IMG/VR virus record: IMGVR_UViG_3300021171_000012
Span: 6,984 to 70,983 of that record
Source: a virus
Length of the DNA stretch: 64,000 bases
Direction: 5' to 3' (one strand)
The position numbers and the translations under genes were made by a program. The notes under the pieces were generated by a model that made no database searches, was not told the DNA's origin, and was given only the letters and a program-made list of their open reading frames with translations. This document shows positions 27,041 through 35,651 of the stretch, piece after piece. The stretch's first letter is position 1, and each line of letters begins with the position of its first letter.

Positions 27041-27078
27041 CGAGCGAAGCGAGTTGTCTTAGACATTAGAGAGTTCCA

Positions 27079-28206
27079 ATGTCAATGTCTGATCTAATTT
27101 CGACCATCGAAGAAGTAAAAACCGAAACAGACTCGGCTCTTCGGCCCGTAAACACCGCATTCTCAACCAAGGTGCCGAATTTGCAGCTATATCTAGACTC
27201 AACAAGCCTTGGTGATTTCAAAAGCTGCGCCCAACTTTATAAATATAGGATCATAGACGGTTATTCCTCACCCTATAGCTCGACCGATTTATTCTTCGGA
27301 ATTTTATTCCACTCTGCAACCGAGGTCTATGAACGCTCTCGCGCGTCGGGCATCCCTCACGACGAAAGTGTTATTGATGCTCTCCGTCACGCGGTCATGG
27401 CAACCTGGGACAACGAAAAAAAGCGCCCTTGGACTTCAGATGTCACAGACAAGAGCAGGAACACGCTCCTACGAACTATAGTTTGGTATTTAGACACCTT
27501 TAAGGACGAAAATCTTAAGACGGTAGTATTTCCCAATGGCGATCCTGCAGTCGAAGTCTCGTTTCGCTTCGATACCGGGATTCGTACAGAGGCTAAATTC
27601 GAGTGTCCAGTTTGTTTTGGAGCTGGTGCTGCCAAAATTAGTGGAGCTCGGAAGTCCGAAGATAGTCCTGGCGACATCGAATTTACTATAGAGCAATGTA
27701 CTGAATGTAACGGAACCGGAGCTGTTGGTGAACCGTTTTACCTCTGCGGGCATCTCGACCGTGTAGTCTACTGGAACTCCGAACTATGGATCATGGACAA
27801 GAAGACAACGCGATACGCACTTGATGATAACTACTTTCGCCAGTTCTCCCCCGATAATCAGATGAGTCTCTATAGTGTCGCCGGCGCCGTGACACTGGAG
27901 TCTGAAGTCGGTGGGCTTATCATTGACGGATGTCAAGTGTTAGTCACAGGATCTCGCTTCCGACGCAAAACCATCCCACGCTCCCCCGAGCAGCTTGAGG
28001 AATGGCTCGTTAGTCTAAAACATTGGCTCCACTGGCTTGAGTATTGCGCCAAGAACGATTATTGGCCGCAGAACGAACGAAGCTGCGGCTACGGTAATCG
28101 CCAATGCCAATTCCGACCCGTCTGCTCTAGTGACCCAAGCACTCGGCAAGAAATGCTCGACGGGATGTACGTTAGAAGGACTTGGGATCCCCTAATTCCG
28201 AGATAG
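27079..28206 (+). CDS. Cas4/RecB-like PD-(D/E)xK exonuclease with an inserted DnaJ-type Zn finger
   Basis: KSC...G..FH; GHLDRV...IMDKKTT...Q...Y; C-terminal C..C..C; insert CPVCFGAG...CTECNGTG. Confidence 0.8.
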   Translation: MSMSDLISTIEEVKTETDSALRPVNTAFSTKVPNLQLYLDSTSLGDFKSCAQLYKYRIIDGYSSPYSSTDLFFGILFHSATEVYERSRASGIPHDESVIDALRHAVMATWDNEKKRPWTSDVTDKSRNTLLRTIVWYLDTFKDENLKTVVFPNGDPAVEVSFRFDTGIRTEAKFECPVCFGAGAAKISGARKSEDSPGDIEFTIEQCTECNGTGAVGEPFYLCGHLDRVVYWNSELWIMDKKTTRYALDDNYFRQFSPDNQMSLYSVAGAVTLESEVGGLIIDGCQVLVTGSRFRRKTIPRSPEQLEEWLVSLKHWLHWLEYCAKNDYWPQNERSCGYGNRQCQFRPVCSSDPSTRQEMLDGMYVRRTWDPLIPR

Positions 28207-28215
28207 GAAAACCTA

Positions 28216-28416
28216 ATGCAAATAGAAATCGAACCCCACGAACTAAGCCCGTTTATAAGCGGGGCAACTAGAGTAGTCGACAATAAAACGGGACCAATAA
28301 GACTAGAAATCTCTCTAAGAGAAGAAGGAACGTTGGTTCTTCAGTTCGATGACTATCATGCCTTAGATGGCTTTACAAACCGTCTGGTAAACGCCGTTAG
28401 AAATAGGAAATCCTAA
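28216..28416 (+). CDS. Hypothetical protein
   Basis: AGGA RBS. Confidence 0.45.
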   Translation: MQIEIEPHELSPFISGATRVVDNKTGPIRLEISLREEGTLVLQFDDYHALDGFTNRLVNAVRNRKS

Positions 28417-28418
28417 AG

Positions 28419-29468
28419 ATGCCCGGACTAATCGACCCCAGTTCCGAACTCGCAAAGATTCTCCTTATTGGCGATCAGGGCGACGGAAAGACCGGAGCAA
28501 AAGCGGCGCTTATAGCGATGGGTTACAAGCTCTTAATGATAGACACAGATCGTGGCTTCAAGATCCTCAGGAGCCTATTAACCGACCCACACTATCCCTA
28601 CGCCGCGTTTATGAAGAAGCACGGAATCAACCCCGCTGAGCCTGGTAGAATCTCCTACATCCCCATCGACGTTCCGATCGACTTCACTGATGTTAGCGTA
28701 AACCGCAAAGGCCGTGCAGTAAATTACTCCGTTCTCGGCCCAACCTCCTCCGCCGCGTGGGAGACCGTAACAAAGCTTCTCAAAGAATGGAAAGACACCT
28801 CCGACGGAAAAGCGATCTCCCTCGGCGGGATTAATGACTGGGGACCGGATACGGTTTTAGACTTCGACACGATGTCTACTCTCGCCGAGCTTGCCAAATA
28901 CTGGATGCAAGACATGAACGGACATTTAGGTGCGTTCGAGGACGATCACGGTCGAGACAGCGGCGGCGCGCAAGAACTAATCATGAGGTTAATGACAAAG
29001 TTAACCAACGACGCCGTGAAGTGCAACGTGATAGTCACAGGGCACATTAAGTGGGTTGACATGTCGAACGACGTTCCCCAAGGTATCGAGGAACGAATTA
29101 GGGAAAAGAAAGCCATCGACGCTCAAGGCTTCCCGGCAGTAATTGGCAAAGCCACCTCTCCGTATATCGGCAAGAAGTTCAATGACGTCTTTATCGTTAA
29201 ACGGGAGGGAAACGGAAGCAGTTTAACCCGAAAAATCTACTCTGTTCCAACAAACAACACAAGCGCAAAAAACTCTGTATGGCTCGAACCATCCTATCCA
29301 CTATCCACGGGCTTAGGCGAGATTTTCTGCGCTCTGCAATATAAAGATCCACCCGTTGAACTCATAAAGGCCATCCGTGGCACAACCTCTACTGGGAAGG
29401 ACACTGACGTAGCTACTTCGGGTTCTTCCCCCGTAGCGAAATCCGGCTTCGGATTTCGACCTAACTAA
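28419..29468 (+). CDS. Sak4-like / AAA_24 P-loop recombinase
   Basis: KILLIGDQGDGKT, IDTDRG, FDTMS, NVIVTGH; sits between the exonuclease and an SSB-like gene. Confidence 0.7.
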   Translation: MPGLIDPSSELAKILLIGDQGDGKTGAKAALIAMGYKLLMIDTDRGFKILRSLLTDPHYPYAAFMKKHGINPAEPGRISYIPIDVPIDFTDVSVNRKGRAVNYSVLGPTSSAAWETVTKLLKEWKDTSDGKAISLGGINDWGPDTVLDFDTMSTLAELAKYWMQDMNGHLGAFEDDHGRDSGGAQELIMRLMTKLTNDAVKCNVIVTGHIKWVDMSNDVPQGIEERIREKKAIDAQGFPAVIGKATSPYIGKKFNDVFIVKREGNGSSLTRKIYSVPTNNTSAKNSVWLEPSYPLSTGLGEIFCALQYKDPPVELIKAIRGTTSTGKDTDVATSGSSPVAKSGFGFRPN

Positions 29469-29496
29469 CCTTTAAACCCTAAAGGATCTTACAACT

Positions 29497-29991
29497 ATGG
29501 CAAACGAAACAGTCGATCTTCGCGATCTCCTCACCGCACCACTGTCGAACTTTCCCGACAAACCCAACCTCCCCGCGAACAAGTCTTTCTACGGGAAGAT
29601 CCTCAACATGGAGGCAACACATAGCAAGGTCAAAGGAACTCCGGGTTTTCACGTTTCGGTTCGTCTGACCGATCCCGGAAGCGATGTCACCCCGAGCGAC
29701 CTCCAGAAACTCAGCGACGCCGGGCTGAGTCTCGCCGACTATGAGGTCGGTTCGGACTTCTGGCTCACCCCCGGATCAATGACCTTCCTTCGCCGGTTCC
29801 TGACCTCTATCGGAATCTCGGAGAATGTCTCAACAGCGGAGGCCCTTCATCTCGACGAGCACTTTAACCCGACTTCCGAGACCCGCGACATCGTTCGCGG
29901 GCTCGACGTGGCGATCAAAACTCCACCAGCAGACGCCGAAGGCCGCGTCTTCACAAACAATCTCGACATCATCTACGGCGTTAAGCGTTAG
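29497..29991 (+). CDS. Putative single-stranded DNA-binding protein (DUF669-like)
   Basis: Follows the Sak4-like gene; SKVKGTP...FWLT....FLRRFL...G pattern. Confidence 0.5.
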   Translation: MANETVDLRDLLTAPLSNFPDKPNLPANKSFYGKILNMEATHSKVKGTPGFHVSVRLTDPGSDVTPSDLQKLSDAGLSLADYEVGSDFWLTPGSMTFLRRFLTSIGISENVSTAEALHLDEHFNPTSETRDIVRGLDVAIKTPPADAEGRVFTNNLDIIYGVKR

Positions 29992-30082
29992 TCTGTCCGA
30001 ATTCCTGAAGTAAGTTCCGGCAGGTGTATCATGTAAAACTGCCCAAGCTCTCGCGAGCATCAAGGACGATAGCACTATACTC

Positions 30083-30136
30083 GTTACGGGAGGGACTGGG
30101 AAATGCAAACGGAAGTGCCAAACTCCCTCCCGTAAC
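30083..30136. other. 13-bp perfect stem-loop in an intergenic region
   Basis: GTTACGGGAGGGA / TCCCTCCCGTAAC with a 28-nt loop. Confidence 0.6.
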
Positions 30137-30182
30137 ACCCTTTCGGATCTTAGATCACTCGGGTCTCGGGGACAAGGTGATA

Positions 30183-30770
30183 ATGGAAGAAAATCCGAAA
30201 ACTAGATCCAAGGAAGAAATAATAAACGATCTAGATTTACTACGCAAAGTAGTAAAGAGCCATTTGAATTTGAATTCTTCCGACTATGGACTTTGCCCGT
30301 TTCACGAGGAGAAGACTCCGAGTTTCCATATTTACAAGGCCCGCTCTGGAAAAGCTCGATACCATTGCTTTGGTTGCGAGGCGAACGGGGATGCAATAAA
30401 CTTCGTCTCAATAATCGAAGGACTTTCATTTAAGAGTGCCCTTGAGAAACTAGGTGGGGTATTCCTATTATCTTCCACCCCCGAGCACCCGAGTGGAGTA
30501 AGTTCCTCTTGCGAGCAAGGTTGCCAAAAATATATAAATCTTCGAGAGGACTACGATTTCGTCTCGCAGGAGAATAAGCTCTTTAGACTATATCTAAATC
30601 TTGGAGAGAAAGATCCCGGTTCAGTAGGTTGGACAGTAGCTAGAGCCAGCCTGGAGAAATGGTTTACTACGGAAGCCGAGGCACTAGCATATTCTCTAGG
30701 ACTTCGAGACGCCCAAGGCGAGTCTATAGTTCTAGGTGATATAACGATTTGGTCAGGAAAAACTAGATGA
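30183..30770 (+). CDS. CHC2 zinc-finger (DnaG N-terminal) protein lacking TOPRIM
   Basis: GLCPFHEEKTPSF...YHCFGC...GDAINFV..IEGLSF..ALEKL. Confidence 0.8.
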   Translation: MEENPKTRSKEEIINDLDLLRKVVKSHLNLNSSDYGLCPFHEEKTPSFHIYKARSGKARYHCFGCEANGDAINFVSIIEGLSFKSALEKLGGVFLLSSTPEHPSGVSSSCEQGCQKYINLREDYDFVSQENKLFRLYLNLGEKDPGSVGWTVARASLEKWFTTEAEALAYSLGLRDAQGESIVLGDITIWSGKTR

Positions 30771-31156
30771 CCGAGCTTTTAGACCCAACCTGCCCATATT
30801 GTGGATCTAAAGTCGGGATAGTCCCTGGACTGACAATCTACCCATCCCGTTTAGACTTAGCGGATAGAATGTTTTGGGCCTGCTCTAGATTCCCTATTTG
30901 CGATTCCTATGTCGGCTGCCATTACGGTACAAGTAAACCTTTAGGTCGATTAGCCAACCCAGAGCTGCGCCGCGCAAAGATGCAAGCCCACAGGGTATTC
31001 GACCCACTATGGAGAAGGTTGCCTCGAACACGACGCGAATGCTATAAGTGGTTATCGGAGCAGATGGGGATATCCGTTGAGCAATGTCATATAGGAAAGT
31101 TCGACGTCGAGCAATGCAATCGAGTTGTAGATATTTGTTCTAGAGAGACCATGTAG
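30767..31156 (+). CDS. DUF3268-like zinc-finger protein
   Basis: CPYCG...CDSYVGCH...PLGRLAN..LR..K..AH..FDPLW...CHIG.FD. Confidence 0.8.
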   Translation: MTELLDPTCPYCGSKVGIVPGLTIYPSRLDLADRMFWACSRFPICDSYVGCHYGTSKPLGRLANPELRRAKMQAHRVFDPLWRRLPRTRRECYKWLSEQMGISVEQCHIGKFDVEQCNRVVDICSRETM

Positions 31157-32527
31157 ATGGCTGAGCTTCTAGACCCAAACTCGATTGTCGTACAACATCG
31201 CCAGCGCGGGGAGCTTGGTGACCTATCTAGTCTTGAGACTTCGATCAAAGAGATCGGCCAGATTCAGCCCATCGTAGTTCGTCGAGAGAACGACTTAGTC
31301 GTCTTGATGGTCGGTGGAAGGCGCTTAAAAGCCTGTGCGAATTTAGGCATAGCCGTTCGGGCAGAATTTTGGGAAGACCTAGATCCTATTTCGGCAAAAA
31401 TAATCGAACTAGAAGAGAACATTCGTCGAGATGACATTTCTTGGCGCGACCGAGCAAAGGCAACGGATGAGATTCACCGGCTATTCAAGCTAACCGAACC
31501 CGACTGGACCTTACAAAAGACCGCAAAAAGACTAGGTGAGACTCCAACCTGGATCTCGAGAATCCTAACAGTGTTTAAGAACCTAGACTCACCGCTCTTA
31601 ACTAACTCTACTGGAATCGATAACGCCTTCTCTATCCTACAGACTGCCGCCGAACGCCGCGCCGCGAGTATCGTCAACGATATCATCCAGGCTGGGACGA
31701 ATATCTTTAAGCAGGAACCCGAGAAGGAACTAGTCAATGTCCCTATGGGAGATAACCCTGTTATTGAACTCGATAAACCTGATCGCCCAGATAATGATCC
31801 TAGCCCTATTAATATACAAACGTCACCGCAACCGATACAGGTAATTCTAAATATAGACTTTACGAAATGGATTTTAGAATACACCGGACCTAAATTCAAC
31901 CTAATTCACTGTGATTTCCCCTTCGACGTCAAATACGACAGCTACGCAAAGAGTGTAACATCGAACAAGACTGAGGACTATGATTTCAGTGGTTTCTGGC
32001 CCCTTTTAGACTGCCTCTGCGACAATCTAAACACAATCTGCTCCTATTCAGCACATATAATGTTTTGGTTCTCAATGAAATTCTACAGCGAGACAAAGTC
32101 AAGACTAGAGCGCGCCGGTCTCTATGTGCATGACCATCCGCTAGTTTGGCACAAGACCGACAATTCTGGCATAATCCCCGGTCGCGATAACGCATTTCCT
32201 CGAAGGACTTACGAAACCGCGTTCCTATGTAGTCGCGGCAAGCGCCCGCTAATCCGATCTCAGTCTAACATCTACGGCGCGCCGATGGCATCCGGCTCAC
32301 TTCATCCAAGTCAAAAACCGGAGCCAGTCTTAAACCACTTCCTCTCGATGCTTATTGACGAAACAACCGACTTCCTCGATCCAACCTGTGGAAGTGGAAC
32401 GGCGATTCGCTCTGCGGAATACTGTGGCGCGAGATCCGTTCTCGGACTGGAACTCGACCCTAACTACGCTGCAAGTGCTGAGGCGGCAACTCAGAACGCA
32501 AGAAGACTGCGAGGACTAAAATTATGA
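31157..32527 (+). CDS. ParB-N domain fused to a beta-class amino-DNA methyltransferase
   Basis: GQIQPIVV...GGRRL.A...ELEENIRR; motif IV-like HCDFPF; HPSQKP; motif I FLDPTCGSG; GLELD. Confidence 0.8.
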   Translation: MAELLDPNSIVVQHRQRGELGDLSSLETSIKEIGQIQPIVVRRENDLVVLMVGGRRLKACANLGIAVRAEFWEDLDPISAKIIELEENIRRDDISWRDRAKATDEIHRLFKLTEPDWTLQKTAKRLGETPTWISRILTVFKNLDSPLLTNSTGIDNAFSILQTAAERRAASIVNDIIQAGTNIFKQEPEKELVNVPMGDNPVIELDKPDRPDNDPSPINIQTSPQPIQVILNIDFTKWILEYTGPKFNLIHCDFPFDVKYDSYAKSVTSNKTEDYDFSGFWPLLDCLCDNLNTICSYSAHIMFWFSMKFYSETKSRLERAGLYVHDHPLVWHKTDNSGIIPGRDNAFPRRTYETAFLCSRGKRPLIRSQSNIYGAPMASGSLHPSQKPEPVLNHFLSMLIDETTDFLDPTCGSGTAIRSAEYCGARSVLGLELDPNYAASAEAATQNARRLRGLKL

Positions 32528-33723
32528 GAGCCGTCTTAGTCGGCGAAGCCTATGGACGACATGAAGCTCAATTCCAACACGCTCTCGTTGGTCCGTCGGG
32601 AAGAGAACTCACCCTCGAAATGGGAATCGCCGCGCTCGCCCCGTATATGAAAGTTCTCTGTCGACGTTGTAAGACCAACACGGAGTTCATCGACGGCTTT
32701 TGCCGACACTGTCGCGAGCGGATTTGGCCAAACGAATTTGACTTAATGGAACATTGGAAGCTACTAAGATCCGATCTCAAGATCGCAGTTACGAATGTCT
32801 TCAACACACAGCCCCCAAATAATGACCTAGGAAACTTTTTCGGCTATGAAGCACAGACTGAAATGCCAGGATGGAAGGCAAGTCGAAAGACCGGAGGAAG
32901 CCACTTACTCGCAGAGCACTTTCACCATTTAAAGCGACTATGGAACGAACTCGAAGAGCTTGACCCGAACCTAATAGTCTGCCTCGGTAACGCCGCGTGT
33001 TGGGCGGTCTTAGGACAAACTAAAATCACCGCGCTACGCGGAACGGTGACTTTCAGCGAGCGGTTGAAGAAAAAGGTGTTGCCGACATTTCACCCTGCTG
33101 CCGTTTTGCGTCAGACTCCGATGCGTGTTTCGGTAATAGCGGACCTTCAGAAAGCCTCTCGCGAGATCGAGTTTCCTGAAATAGTTCGACCTAAGCGCTG
33201 GATTACAATACCTGCACCGAACGAATCTGGACTAATCGAGATCCAAGAGTGGCTCGCTAGAAATGCCTTTTCCTATTCAAACGACATTGAGACGATTCGC
33301 AATCAGATTTCCGTAATTGGTTTTAGTCTATCAAATAGCGATGCGCTAGCCATTCCGTTCCGTGATGCAAAAATGGACAAAGGAAAGATAGTTGATGTTG
33401 GAAAAATCGCTGCCTCGATTGGTTTTCCCGATAATGGAATAAACTATTGGCCTACGTCAGAACTCGAAGTCAAGGCATGGAGCCTTGCTAAGGCGGGAGT
33501 AGAGTCTAATAAGGGAAAAATATATCAGAATGGGGTGTTTGATATTTCTTACTTTCTACAGATGGGAATCATCCCGCGAAATGTTAAAGACGATACAATG
33601 CTTTGGCACCATTCTGAGTATTTAGAACTGCCGAAAAGTCTTGGCTTCCTCGGTTCGATATATGCAAACGATATTCCGTGGAAGCAGATGAGTCGAAGTG
33701 AGAGCTTGAAGAGGGATGAGTAA
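32524..33723 (+). CDS. Family-4-like uracil-DNA glycosylase fused to the N-terminal part of the PolA 3'-5' exonuclease
   Basis: LVGEAYG..E...LVGPSG, TNV, IVCLG, TFHPAAVLR; then ExoI NDIET, ExoII QNGVFD, DDTML. Confidence 0.85.
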   Translation: MRAVLVGEAYGRHEAQFQHALVGPSGRELTLEMGIAALAPYMKVLCRRCKTNTEFIDGFCRHCRERIWPNEFDLMEHWKLLRSDLKIAVTNVFNTQPPNNDLGNFFGYEAQTEMPGWKASRKTGGSHLLAEHFHHLKRLWNELEELDPNLIVCLGNAACWAVLGQTKITALRGTVTFSERLKKKVLPTFHPAAVLRQTPMRVSVIADLQKASREIEFPEIVRPKRWITIPAPNESGLIEIQEWLARNAFSYSNDIETIRNQISVIGFSLSNSDALAIPFRDAKMDKGKIVDVGKIAASIGFPDNGINYWPTSELEVKAWSLAKAGVESNKGKIYQNGVFDISYFLQMGIIPRNVKDDTMLWHHSEYLELPKSLGFLGSIYANDIPWKQMSRSESLKRDE

Positions 33724-34112
33724 TGCGCGACGACTGGCTTCACTTAGAATTTTACAGATTCAAGCATAAGCTACCAGACTATCAAAGTCAATTCGGAGAT
33801 AAACATGGATGTTTTATATTACAACATCCAAAGACCAAAGCAATGTTGAGAATGATAGTATCAAATGGAGACTATAAAGCCGCTAGGGTAGGTCCAGAGT
33901 ATGCTTGGGAACATGTTTCAGTCTCTATAGAGAATCGCTGTCCAACATGGGAAGAAATGGACTACGTTAAGGATTTGTTCTGGAAACCAGACGAGTGCGT
34001 GATGCAACTGCATGTTCCTAAGGCGGAACATAAGAATTGTCATCAATATTGCCTACACCTTTGGCGACCACTAGAAACTACAATACCTCGGCCACCAGTT
34101 GGGGCTGTATAA
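33723..34112 (+). CDS. Conserved phage protein inserted between the two polymerase halves
   Basis: WEHVSVS..NRCPTWEEM..VKDLFW...CLHLWRP. Confidence 0.7.
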   Translation: MRDDWLHLEFYRFKHKLPDYQSQFGDKHGCFILQHPKTKAMLRMIVSNGDYKAARVGPEYAWEHVSVSIENRCPTWEEMDYVKDLFWKPDECVMQLHVPKAEHKNCHQYCLHLWRPLETTIPRPPVGAV

Positions 34113-34115
34113 ATA

Positions 34116-35630
34116 ATGCCCGTAATTGCCTTTCACGAGACTGAAATTCGTGATGCAAATCAGGCGATCTACAACGGCGGAGATTGTTGCCTAACGTTTG
34201 AAATCGACGAGGCAAGACAAAGGCTTCGACAAAACGACACTCTGATCTACGACTTCGAGCGGGCAATGCAGGCTCCAGCAATGGAGATGATGCTACGCGG
34301 ATTTCGTGTCGACATAGCAGAGCGTGAGAAAGCAATTCTAGCAACCCATTCTAGAAAGGACTCAAATGAAGAAGTCATTAAAACTATTATAACCGCCATA
34401 ATGGGCTCATATAACGAAAAACTCCCGAACTCCCCAACACAATTACAGCATCTTTTCTACGACATAATGAGAATCCCCCCAATAGAACGACATATAAATG
34501 GCGAAACAAAGCGCCCGATGAACCGCGAGACGCTAGAGCGACTAGAGACCCGAGACAAGTGGGCCGCACCGATTATCAACGCAATATTGCGTCATCGAGA
34601 TTGGACAAAAACCCTCCAAGTTCTCGAAACCGAAATCGACTCCGATTGGCGCTGGCGCTGCTCATACAACATCGGTGGAACTTCGACCGGAAGGTGGAGT
34701 AGTTCCAAATCCCCATTCCTGTCCTATAATGAAGAGACGCAAAAATGGAAGCAAGTAGGAAATAACTTTCAGAATATAAACGAGGAACTCCGTCGAATCT
34801 TCATTCCCGATCCAGGATTTAAACTCTATGGAATCGACAAGGCTCAAAGTGAAGCCCGCGACGTCGGATGGTTCTGTGGCACAATATTGGGAGACTGGAG
34901 TTATCTTGACGCTTGTGAGTCAGGAGACTTACATACATACGTTACTCGCCTTGTCTATCCAGAATGGTCGTGGACAGGAGATATTAAAAAGGACCGTCAG
35001 TTATCTGAACGGCGCTTCTATAGACTATTCACTTATCGTGATGCCAGTAAGCGCCTCGGACATGCAACGAACTACCTTGTCACCCCTAATGAAGCCTCTC
35101 GCCAAATCCGAATCCCCCTAAACCTGGTTGAAGACTTCCAACGTCGCTACTTTGCCGCCTTTCCCTGTATTCAGCGAATGCACCAATGGGTGAGTCAGCA
35201 ACTTCAACGAAGCCGTTTCCTTGTCAATTCCTTTGGTCGGCGCCGCGACTTCTTTGACCGACCAGAAGACCGTGAGACACTAAAATCTGCCATTGCATAT
35301 TTATTCCAAAGTGCCACCGGAGACTGTCTAAATCTGGGCCTATGGCGCCTTTGGCGAAAGATGGAAAGCAAGATCCAGATCCTAGCACAGCTTCATGATG
35401 CAGTTTATTTCCAGGCTCCAATATCGAACGATAGCGAGGAGCAAAACCTACTCCGGGAATCCCTTAAGCTTGTCGAAATAACACAGCGAGATCCGAAGTC
35501 GGGAAGAACGATGACAATTCCCGGAGAGATAGTCGGGGGTTTTAATTGGGCACACCGCTTTAGACTCCTAGAAGATGGTACGAGAGATGAATGGAACCCG
35601 CGTGGCTTAAGTGAAATAAAAATAGCATAA
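34116..35630 (+). CDS. polA: Family A DNA polymerase (ExoIII + polymerase domain)
   Basis: YNGGD, NSPTQL, TGRWSS, NFQNI, motif A IDKAQSEAR, motif B RDASKRLGHATNY, motif C LHDA. Confidence 0.92.
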   Translation: MPVIAFHETEIRDANQAIYNGGDCCLTFEIDEARQRLRQNDTLIYDFERAMQAPAMEMMLRGFRVDIAEREKAILATHSRKDSNEEVIKTIITAIMGSYNEKLPNSPTQLQHLFYDIMRIPPIERHINGETKRPMNRETLERLETRDKWAAPIINAILRHRDWTKTLQVLETEIDSDWRWRCSYNIGGTSTGRWSSSKSPFLSYNEETQKWKQVGNNFQNINEELRRIFIPDPGFKLYGIDKAQSEARDVGWFCGTILGDWSYLDACESGDLHTYVTRLVYPEWSWTGDIKKDRQLSERRFYRLFTYRDASKRLGHATNYLVTPNEASRQIRIPLNLVEDFQRRYFAAFPCIQRMHQWVSQQLQRSRFLVNSFGRRRDFFDRPEDRETLKSAIAYLFQSATGDCLNLGLWRLWRKMESKIQILAQLHDAVYFQAPISNDSEEQNLLRESLKLVEITQRDPKSGRTMTIPGEIVGGFNWAHRFRLLEDGTRDEWNPRGLSEIKIA

Positions 35631-35651
35631 AATGGGAGTGGAAACCACCTT

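Noticed and set aside
27054-27066. GTTGTCTTAGACATT (VVLDI) in the intergenic gap before the exonuclease
   Set aside because: It is not followed by a stop and is not in an evident ORF; it may be a relic or chance and cannot be supported.
27079-28206. Cas4-like nuclease as a sign of a CRISPR system
   Set aside because: No repeat-spacer array or other cas genes seen; the context is a standard phage exonuclease-Sak4-SSB module.
33723-34115. Intron or intein splitting the polymerase
   Set aside because: The intervening gene abuts both halves with no non-coding flanks, and there are no intein terminal residues.
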